DNA from: Pecten maximus
Taxonomy: Eukaryota
Assembly (NCBI RefSeq): GCF_902652985.1
Contig: NC_047018.1
Coordinates: 39,618,001 to 39,682,000 of the forward strand
Direction of reading: 5' to 3'
Length of the DNA: 64,000 bases
The notes under the pieces are model-generated. The model was given only the letters and a program-made list of their open reading frames with translations, did no database searches and was not told where the DNA came from. A program made the translations under genes and the position numbers. This document shows, one piece after another, positions 53,200 through 64,000 of this stretch (its first letter is position 1; every line of letters starts with the position of its first letter).

Positions 53200-53300
53200 A
53201 CATAGACTAAATGCGCGGTACCCTGTGTCAGGGATGTAACAGGCCAAACCAGGATTCGAGCTCGGGACTTCGGGGCTTTTAACCAGTTGAACTACCGACA
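53200..53300 (-). mobile_element. Degenerate tRNA-derived SINE head
   Basis: Minus strand reads TCGGTAGTTCAACTGGTT (A-box-like) ... GAGCTCGAATCCTGG (B-box-like). The anticodon arm is truncated and there is no full cloverleaf. Confidence 0.55.
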
Positions 53301-56300
53301 ATAGATCTGGTCCGACCGCTTCATTCCTTGTTTTCATCCAAGTCTTCGACCTTCAAGTTTTGATTTAAACATATTTTATTGTATCTTAATATATACATGG
53401 GAATTGGGCACAAGTTATCAAACTTATATTAAGCCCTTTCCCTATATAATTTTACTTTCAAGTTGAACACACACCTGTGTGAAAATCCTTTGACCGGCTC
53501 CCTCTTTTAAACCCCTATGGTGAGAATTAATTAACAATTAACACACTCCACAATAATCTGTAATTATCCACTGTATTTAACAAAATGATATTTTCAATTC
53601 ATATGAACAAAAGCGCAAATTCTTTTATGCAATTCATTACAAATCGGCAGCTAAAGTTATTTGTCGAAAAGGAGGAAAACCCAATGATGTACATCAATAT
53701 TTTACAGATTATCCCCGCATTGTGTAGACAGTTTATATTTGTTTTATAAAAGAGGCGTACTGTTAAAATAACAAAACGAACCTGGTCGTAAAATGACATA
53801 CATGCATATTAATGCTTTCAGAATGAAACCTGAAACGTCATTGTGTCAGTTGACAAAGGAGAATTAGAGAGACTCTGTGACGTCATCATTACTGCTATAT
53901 CCCTTACTCAATTTTTAATTGATGCTAATAATGATTCATTAATATCTTTCTTCAGTTTAAAACCTATATTTACATAAATATGAATATCATAAGTTTGCCG
54001 ATACCGAACGATCAAATTTGCGATTTGAAAAGAAAAAATCTGCTCGTAAATTGTATACCAACATCTGTTTTTCGTTGGGTTTTTTTGGGTTTTGTTTTTT
54101 TTTTACAAGAATTAAAATAAAGCTAATAGATAAGTTTCTGTATAATATTTTTCTCGTTTCTCATTTGAATTAAACTTTTTTGATAAGAATTGGTAGATAT
54201 CGTTCGTGTTAAAGACCTTGTGTTATAAAACTAATTGCTTTATGCTGTAGATATTTTGAGACAAATGACTTGGAAACAAAGGCGTCACGCAGGAAGATCG
54301 GTAGTATTTCATTCTGTTTGAAATTAATATGTTTTTTCTCCTTAATGATCATTAAACATGATTGTTCAAACACAGTTTCAGTGAGGAGGTATAGAAATGG
54401 CTGGACTGTTCTTCAACAGGCGACACGTTGTCGGAAGGACCTCATTGACTTCCCCAGGACATTTCCGTCTTTTTTTTCAGTTTTTTTTTTCATACATATC
54501 ACTCACATAGGAGTATATTGGCTATGTCATATCATTGTGTTCTAAAACGAAATGCAAATTAACCTGTTGCTATGATCATAAAAATATACAATATCGTAAA
54601 TCAAATATTGAAGATTGTGAAATTTTATTGAATGATTTTGACATGTCTTTCGATAGGTATCAACACTTTTAACCCATAGCATCACTTAGCATCGAGTCCA
54701 AGAAGACGAAATGGCAGTATTGTACATTTTAATTCGTTTTTGGCACAACTGTATCTATTTTTCAATTAGTATTGAACGGTCCTATTAGCTTGTGTGTCTA
54801 GAGGTGGCTGTTTCGCAATCATATAAGTTTGAGAGTGAACGCTATGCTTGTCAGTTGAGAAATGTCACACGGCTGTCAAATATATTGCATGAAATCGACA
54901 CTCAGTTATAGGACCATTATCAAAGTAAATGCTTGATGTTATTAATTAATTGAAATACATTTCTAATATTAAAAAAATATATAAATAATGTTGTTGAAGA
55001 AGATACAAATGCGAACATGGGGAAGCGATGAAATCATAGTCTATGACAATTGTTTAATCAGACAATATTCTCACATAATACCCATTTTTTGTGAGTGTAT
55101 GCTCGCGGAAGGTGTTTGTTACTGAATAAATAAATGAAAATTTCTGTGTGAAATAAATATATAATACGACAGCAAGTGTTTCTTATGGTGTTTCAAGTAT
55201 GAAAAAAATAATTAATGGTTTATAAAATATGTAAAGATTTGATAAAAACAAACAAACAAAACAAAACAGGTTGATATTTTAGCTTACAGCACGCTGCTTT
55301 GACATTTTTCTAAAAACCACTTGAACAAAGGGTCTGAAAAATAGAAATAATAATATCAACACCTAAATATGAAAAATGTATCATTCTACAAGATTAGACA
55401 CAAATAAATATGAATATTTTATTATTAATTTTCTACAAAATTTATTAAAACTGAAATGAGACAAATTCCGTCCGTGTACAATACGACAGCATATGGACTA
55501 TGCGATTGTATCTAAGTTCAGCGGTCGGTGTTTGAAACCACAGCACGGAAACGTGTGGTGTTGTTTGCTGCTCGTCAACAAAGTCTAAACTTTTTTCCTG
55601 TTTTTTTTCCCGTATTTTGAGGTTGTTAAAATAAACCTTGTAAATATACGTTGATTTAAGTTAATTTACCCTCCGACCCAATTTTGTAGAGCCCGTCGAT
55701 TTACAACCGCACTCCAATTGGACACATAATTTGATCGTCAAAGTAAACAAGATAATCTTACACATTATAATCATGAATTATCTAAACTCGGTTGGGCGAG
55801 AATAAGAAGAGCACACAGCCTTAACCAACTGTCTCCGAAAGAGAGCTTTTTTCCTTAAATAAAAATATCGCATGGCCTGTGAGTTGTGAATATCACATAC
55901 GCAATATGGTACTTGAGTAAAGATAAGGATATAAATTTGACACTTTCCTTGTTCGGATCACGCACGCTTGGACTGTCTGGTGGGATAATTTGCATAAACT
56001 ACAAACCCTCTCATATACCACGCTCCAACCAGTTAGATAATAAGTCGTTTTGTATCAAGTTATTCATTGTTACAAGTGGTTTGTAAAAATATATATTTCA
56101 CGTAGTGTTTGTCTTAACAAGCGGTAAACTGTATCACTTATGGAATCCTACTGATAAAAATAAAATATACCCGGCAAATTACAATAAACTCGGGAATTTA
56201 AGAGGCAAATATCTTAAATAATATCTTATATAAGTACGTGTACAATTCAATATACATGTTTAATATTCATGATGTCATCTGCTTGCATGTTATATTTTAC

Positions 56301-59224
56301 AATGTATTCTCATTTCCTACAAGTATCCTTCTTTCTCTCTCTTCCCCATCATTCCCCTTTTCCTTTTATTTTTCTGCTCTGTTTAAGATAGTATAATAGA
56401 ATTATGATATACAGTACTGTTTATCATTAGGCCATTGGTAAGTTTTGTATACATGTATGTATAATTGTATTACGGAGAGGACATTGATAAGTTGTGATAA
56501 CTTGTGTCCAATCCTTTTGTGTATCGCTAGCAATAAAATTGATTTAAATTCAAAATTAAATCAGATTATAGGAAGAAGAAAAAATAAATGTGATATCCGA
56601 GTTGTAAATATGTCCTGCCCGGATCATCTTTTTATTGTGTCAACATGGTGTCTGAAAAACCTGTTAAAATTTTATCCTGTATACGTCCCGAATGCTGTCA
56701 TTAAATTTCATTCAATAAGTGATGTAAATGCTAGAAATAAGCATTAAACTTTTTACTTTTAACAGCAGACATAAAAACACGAATTACCTATAGTGCGATG
56801 GTCAGAATCTTTCATCTGTTAATATCCGAATTTAAAAAAAAAAATACTTTCGTTCATTACATCGCTAAAAATGCACATGCGCAGAAAGGTTCAATGAAGA
56901 ATTGCAGAGAAAGGAATCAACTTTCGTCTCCTATAGGTAACGAAAAAGTTATGTGACAGAATAAATCACTAATACAACTCACAAGTGCGTACTGACGGCA
57001 TCGAGGTAAATTCCATAATTCAATAGGTATTTATGAATGAAACATAGATGTACATTTCCATGAATGAAACATAGATGTACATTTCCTTGTATAACGATTG
57101 ATCTGAGCGAGAAAGGACAAACAGCAGTTATTGTAATTAAAAACATTGTTTACAAAAGTTAGCAGCGACGTGAACAGATTTAAAACTATTTCAAAAACAC
57201 ACATTTTATCAACATATCTTAGTTTAAACATTTGCTGTGACGTATCAACGAGGGTAGGTTTTTGTTTACATATCATAAAAAATGTACTTCTATGAAGTTT
57301 GAAATCTAAAACCGGTGTTTGTTTCCATTATTTACGTTTTGCTACTCGCTACTACTACTATTAGTGTTTAAAAGGCCATGAATTTTCCAATACAGTATTA
57401 TACGTACAAAAATAACGAACCATCATTTTTTACACGAGTTTCTATCGGAGAATTTATCGCAAAATTGTTTGGGCGTCACCAGAAACTAAGAATAATTTCC
57501 TCCAAGTTCCGAATCTGTCGTCACGCTAAATGTGATTTAAACTTAGAAATACACCAACTTCCGGAAGTTAGGTACAATCGTATTAATTAAAAACGATGGG
57601 AAAATAAATTACTATTCGTTTTATCTGTGTGAAAAACACATTCTGATAAGGTTTTCTGGAGGTCAAAACGTTATGGTATTTCATGGTTTTTTTCTCTCTT
57701 TTTTTCGCGTTTAACTCCCAAGGAAAAAAAACAACTTCGTTGAACTTTACTCCTTTTTTATCCAAAAGCACAGCTGCGACGTAGGGACTCGAAAATTCTT
57801 TTTTCTGGCAATAACCGAGGTTGATCCGATGACAAAATCTGGGGAACTAAACGTCTTCTAACCGCGCTGATCAAAGCCGAAATGTTGTCTTGTTTTATCT
57901 TAACTGTCAGACTTCTGTAATGCTGCTAACTTTATCGGTTTCCTAGACACTTCACTTGCTATCTTTGCGGGCAACAAATTTTGTTTATACGCTCAGCATC
58001 AAAGCTGCCGTAATGTTATCTTATAGGAAACACTTTTCGCTGAGCGAGATGTTCGCCATTGGAAGATGAAGGTGTGGAAAGGTTATCAAACTCATTGTTT
58101 AATCATGACGTGTGTGTCACGTGTCTGGCAGGACCGTGAATTACCAAATAAATTATGTCAAAAAATTTACTTTTTATCATTTTATGCTAAGTCTCGGACT
58201 TTAATCATTTACAGTTTTTTTCCTTGTGAGTTCGAAAAACAGTTTCTTATCTTCATATGATGATTCATGCCAAAATACCTGACTGTCATGCTCGTCAAGG
58301 AGTTGATGGATAGGCTGCTATTAAAAATCAAAGTATATACCAGTTCCGCGATCCGTGACCCGATTTCGTAAGATATAATCGCCAGAAACAGCAGTATTCG
58401 CGCTCTATAAACCGCCAGACTTTGCAAATGTCATTTTGATGTCAAACTCCCGCGGTTGACGGCTCTGGGGCAGGTGAATAGTCAACTGTTTCAAAAGTTA
58501 TGACGAATTATGACATATGTTCATATCTGAAACGAAAGAATAAAATAAGAAACTCGATAGTTTCTTTGAAGTTGTTCGCCGTTGATCAAACGATATAGAA
58601 ATGACGGATTCTCGTGAAAATTTACTATCGACTCTTAGCCGCACAACCAATCGCGCGCGCTGTTGTTGTGTGTGCATGTTGTTTAAGTGTAATTTTCCAT
58701 AAATTTGAAACATGACATGCAACTTGTTTCTTGTCAAATGCCACCGGCAGATCCAGAGAACGGGATATATATATAAAGCGTTGTAGGTGGTATATATGAC
58801 GTAGCGAGTTTAACTCGAGCCGAGTATTATTAACATTATCGTATCGGTTTCAAATCCAACACATTTTAACATGTTCACCAATACAAAACAATTCTGGTAA
58901 ACACTTGCTAAAGAAATTAAGGGGAAAAAACATACATTCATCTAAAAAGAGCATTCCTTGTAATGAATTAAAAACAACAAAAAGCGAGAAACAACCCATC
59001 AATACATGCCATGTGAAGGTGCCACAGAGATATCGGGGGTGTACATGTGTGTATTTATAAAGTACATCCTCCGTCACTGGCCATATATAAATATCTGTTA
59101 GATTTATATATAAGAAAGTAAAGTCTTAATTCATCAATCTATGACCTCTATGTAGAAAGCAAAGAGACGTCAATATGATTTGCACACATTTCTCATTGTC
59201 TCGACATACTGTAGGCCTATCTAC

Positions 59225-60680
59225 CAATATATCGACGGTTTGTAGGCATTTATTGTGGCTGGTGGACATTTCTTCCGATATCGTGATGGTTTGTATACAT
59301 TTTCGGGTTCCGACGGTTTGTAGACATTTCTCCCGATATCGTGACGGTTTGTAGACATTTTCCCCGATATCTTGATGGTTTGTAGACATTTCTCCCGATA
59401 TCGTGACGGTTTGTAGACATTTCTCCCGATATCGTGACGGTTTGTAGACATTTCTCCCGATATCGTGACGGTTTGTAGACATTTTTGCCGATATCGTGAC
59501 GGTTTGTAGACATTTCTGCCGATATCGTGACGGTTTGTAGACATTTCTGCCGATATCGTGACGGTTTGTAGACATTTCTCCCGATATCGTGACGGTTTGT
59601 AGACATTTCTCCCGATATCGTGACGGTTTGTAGACATTTTCCCCGATATCGTGACGGTTTGTAGACATTTTCCCCGATATCTTGATGGTTTGTAGACATT
59701 TTCTTGTTTGAACAATTTGTAGACCGTTTTCGCGATATCGTGATGGTTTGTAGACATTTTCTGGTTCCGACGGTTTGTAGACATTTCTCCCAATATCGTG
59801 ACGGTTTGTAGACATTTCTCCCGATATCGTGATGGTTTGTAGATATTTTCGGGTTCCGACGGTTTGTAGCCATTTCTCCCGATATCGTGACGGTTTGTAG
59901 ACATTTTCTGGTTCCGACGTTTTGTAGACATTTCTCCCAATATCGTGATGGTTTGTAGACATTTCTGCCAATATCGTGACGGTTTGTAGACATTTTCGGG
60001 TTCCGACGGTTTGTAGACATTTCTCCCGATATCGTGACGGTTTGTAGACATTTCTCCCGATATCGTGACGGTTTGTAGACATTTCTCCCGATATCGTGAC
60101 GGTTTGTAGACATTTCTCCCGATATCGTGACGGTTTGTAGACATTTCTCCCGATATCGTGACGGTTTGTAGACATTTCTCCCGATATCGTGACGGTTTGT
60201 AGACATTTCTCCCGATATCGTGACGGTTTGTAGACATTTCTGCCAATATCGTGACGGTTTGTAGACATTTTCTGGTTCCGACAATTTGTAGACATTTCTC
60301 ACGATATCGTGACGGTTTGTAGACATTTCTCCCGATATCGTGACGGTTTGTAAACATTTCTCCCGATATCGTGACGGTTTGTAGACATTTCTCCCGATAT
60401 CGTGACGGTTTGTAGACATTTCTCCCGATATCGTGACGGTTTGTAGACATTTCTCCCGATATCGTGACGGTTTGTAGACATTTCTCCCGATATCGTGACG
60501 GTTTGTAGACATTTCTCCCGATATCGTGACGGTTTGTAGACATTTCTCTCGATATCGTGACGGTTTGTAGACATTTTCTGGTTTCGACGATTTGTTGACA
60601 ATTCTCCCGATGTCTCGTTGTTTGTAGTATTTCTCTCGATATCCTCTAGATATGTAGACATTTCTTCCGATAACTCGATG
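59225..60680. repeat. CpG-rich 31-bp minisatellite (GATATCGTGACGGTTTGTAGACATTTCTCCC)
   Basis: About 45 copies, many identical, with interspersed shorter GGTTCCGAC variant units. Confidence 0.97.
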
Positions 60681-61289
60681 ATCATGGAGATCCATTAGGA
60701 AGGAAAAACTTACTGAGGGTAAAGTAATTATATGTCGCCTCTTTCCCGCTTTGTCGGTATAATAAGTTCAAAAAATTACCCCAAAACTTCCATATAATAG
60801 TATGTAAGCACTTTGTATACATTATAGACATGTGTAAATATTAATGTATTGCAAAACAAATTCAAATTTTGTAAAAGTTTTGTAAAATCGCTCATTCCCA
60901 AAATTCATATAAATGTCATTTTTACCTCAAAAATCAATATGTCTGAAAAGTGGGAAGAAAATATATTTCAATTATTATAGAATTATTTCTAATTTGGCTA
61001 TAAACTAATTTGTAAATCAATTGGAGAAGCAATACAGATTATATATCAATTTCTCAAAATCTAATTTTTAACCAAGAAATACAGCAAAAATTAGAATTCG
61101 TCTTATCTGTAGGGTGTGTTAAGATGTCCATACTAAAATGCATCTATATTCCAGGTTTGATTGAAATAATATTGATACTTTTTAGGAAACTGAGCAAAGA
61201 CGTCCAGGCTCCGAGCATCCCTAATTTCCAGAGATACTGGGCTAAACTTTCTCGATGAAAGTCAACAAATAAAGGCCGTGTTGAGATGT

Positions 61290-61440
61290 CCAATATATTA
61301 TTCAATATATGATTCAACTGTCTATCAAGTTTGGGCTTAAACGTTTTTAGCAACGGATCTAAATGCAAAACGAAAATGTTTAAGTCGTCATTGTCGTCAT
61401 CGACGCCGCCGGAAAAGTAACGACTTCGTCCCAGACTAGA
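61290..61440 (+). repeat. Fragment of an interspersed repeat (same family as 53020-53165)
   Basis: Direct similarity to 53020-53165 seen by eye. Confidence 0.6.
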
Positions 61441-62773
61441 CAGATAGTAGCGGATCAAATTTGGTTTCCAGGATTACCTGTAGACGAAAAAGGAAGAGAA
61501 AAGAAAACAACACAGAAAGTGCAAAGACAAGTCGCATTAGTCGCCTCCAACAATCAGACATGTTGATATGTTCCTTGACAACTTCAGCGAATATTGTATC
61601 AATAATTATCACAATTTTTTGATTTTATTCAACAATGATGAGTCAGATGATGTCGTAAATTGATAGTTAAATATAAAAATGCGTTTTATTTTGTTTGTTT
61701 TTTCTAATGATTGTTCCGTCTGGTGAACAATACAATGTACCTACAAGTCTCTGTGATGTCCTGTACCTACTACAACAGCTGTTGATTGGTCAATACAGTC
61801 GACGTGACCCCAATTAACATCAATGGAGTTGGACAGGTGAAAATCACAGGTGTGCACATTTATCTCTAACTCTTGAGTGACTTCAAAAGGTTGTTATTGT
61901 TCTAGTGTCATGTTCGATTTTATACTGATGAAATAGTTTATAAAGTAATTTAAAAGTCTTTGATGTGAACGGAAGACAATAGATTTAATGTATAACAGTT
62001 GCTTCCATTTCACGATTGAGTAATTAACAAGTCAATACACATAAAGCGATCAGAAAAGACGGTTAGACATTTATAGAAATAGAAAAAAAAATCGATAGAT
62101 CATATGGCGGACTCAATTGCATGTTTTTAATATTACGTATTTTTAAGAAAGACGATATCTTCATTCTCAGAAACAAAATATTTCCACGAGGAAGAATTTT
62201 CGTTTGAATCACTTTATAATTTCCGTACTGTATTACAAGATGCTGGCTGATTTTAATCTCGAAGTGATGTAATATTTTCAGCTGAGAAGACCAGCGTCAA
62301 CGCCTGTCTATAAGAACCATCACCATATATTAGCTATAACTATGTCAATACTTATGATTTTGCTATGTTAGCATGTATGTATATTGGGCTCAAGCCATTT
62401 ACCTGGCGAAAACAATTTTGCATGAAACTTTTATGCATTCTGAGATAATTTTTAATTAGTATAGCTGTGATAGTACTTTAAACTCTGTCGATTACATAAT
62501 GACATTATGTAACTTTTATGCAATGCTTCTATTTTATTGGTAAGAATGTTTATCATATAATCAATAGCGCCATGCATTAATATGTCATATCAAGCATACA
62601 TGTATGTGTTTTACTAACAAGAGAACCATGTGGAAGATTAGACATTGGCTAAACATGTACTATTCTCTATAAATAAGGTTTATTATTTTCATTATTTATT
62701 ATTATAATATCACCTGTATAAAATGGCAACTTAAAGAAAATAACTATCATTGTGTTTATATTAATCGCAAAAG

Positions 62774-62827
62774 CTCGGCCAATTCCGTCAAGACTCGAAA
62801 TCCCGAGTCATAACGGAATTGGCCGAG
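62774..62827. other. 54-nt inverted repeat / hairpin
   Basis: CTCGGCCAATTCCGT pairs perfectly with ACGGAATTGGCCGAG (15 bp). Inner GACTCG/CGAGTC stem (6 bp) and a 6-nt loop. Confidence 0.9.
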
Positions 62828-62904
62828 ATAGACGAGATGTCGCTATATGTCGTCTTTAGAGGTTATGTGATTAAAATGATAACACATTTATACGGACGGT
62901 TATT

Positions 62905-64000
62905 ATAGACACCTGACAGTAAATATAACACCTGTATATAGTGGTCACCTGACAGTAAATATAACACCTGTATATAGTGATCACCTGTCAGTAAATATAA
63001 CACCTGTATATAATGATCACCTGTCAGTAAATATAACACCTGTATATAGTGATCACCTGTCAGTAAATATAACACCTGTATATAGTGATCACCTGTATAT
63101 AGTGATCACCTGTCAGTAAATATAACACCTGTATATAGTGATCACCTGTATATAGTGATCACCTGACCGTAAATATAACACCTGTATATAGTGATCACCT
63201 GTATATAGCGATCACCTGACAGTAAATATAACACATGTATATAGTGGTCACCTGTATATAGCGATCATCTGACAGTAAATATAACACCTCTATATAGTGG
63301 TCACCTGACAGTAAATATAACACCTGTATATAGTGATCACCTGATAGTAAATATAACACCTGTATATAGTGATCACCTGTATATAGTGATCACCTGTATA
63401 TAGTGGTCACCTGACAGTAAATATAACACCTGTATATAGTGATCACCCGTATATAGTGATCACCTGTATATAGTGATCACCTGTCAGTAAATATAACACC
63501 TGTATATATTGATCACCTGTCAGTAAATATAACACCTGTATATAGTGATCACCCGTATATAGTGATCACCTGTATATAGTGATCACCTGTCAGTAAATAT
63601 AACACCTGTATATATTGATCATCTGTCAGTAAATATAACACCTGTATATAGTGATCACCCGTATATAGTGATCACCTGTATATAGTGATCACCTGACAGT
63701 AAATATAACACCTGTATGTAGTGATCACCTGTATATAGTGATCACCTGTATATAGTGATCACCTGTATATAGTGGTCACCTGACAGTAAATATAACACCT
63801 GTATATAGTGATCACCTGTATATAGTGGTCACCTGTATATAGTGGTCACCTGACAGTAAATATAACACCTGTATATAGTGATCACCTGTCAGTAAATATA
63901 ACACATGTATGTAGTGATCACCTGTATATAGTGATCACCTGTATATAGTGATCACCTGTCAGTAAATATAACACCTGTATATAGTGATCACCTGTCAGTA
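62905..64000. repeat. Composite minisatellite of 17-bp (CACCTGTATATAGTGAT) and 19-bp (CACCTGTCAGTAAATATAA) modules; runs off the window
   Basis: Tandem modules mixed in variable order. Confidence 0.96.

Noticed and set aside
59126-60695. 389-481 aa minus-strand ORFs
   Set aside because: The same 31-aa cycle appears in all three frames, produced by a stop-free 31-bp unit; there is no domain or splice evidence.

Overview
Eukaryotic, AT-rich, repeat-dense genomic DNA. It is probably a lophotrochozoan such as a bivalve, inferred only from the repeat types and protein divergence. The window holds the 3' part of an otoferlin (OTOF-like ferlin) gene on the + strand. Eight internal coding exons (1652-1822, 7165-7322, 12895-13034, 14035-14123, 14689-14835, 27636-27826, 32637-32821, 41599-41698) encode the last two C2 domains and the Ferlin C-terminal region. 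Two tandem, intact, 181-nt alternative terminal exons follow (43825-44005 and 44651-44831), each encoding a different tail-anchor transmembrane segment. This mirrors the alternative last exons of vertebrate OTOF, including a Trp in the first copy and a Cys in the second at the same juxtamembrane position, and is the main finding. The exon at 41599-41698 is 1 nt short (A4 instead of A5), which is a probable assembly indel or a frameshift allele. The introns and downstream DNA contain about 20 minisatellites (several built on pogo/Tigger-like MITE termini), TA-flanked MITEs, tRNA-derived SINEs, a strong CTCF-like motif, a strand-flipping G-rich satellite, a 54-nt hairpin and a 269-nt assembly gap. 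The long ORFs in the six-frame track are almost all repeat artefacts. No CRISPR, rRNA or intact tRNA genes were seen.
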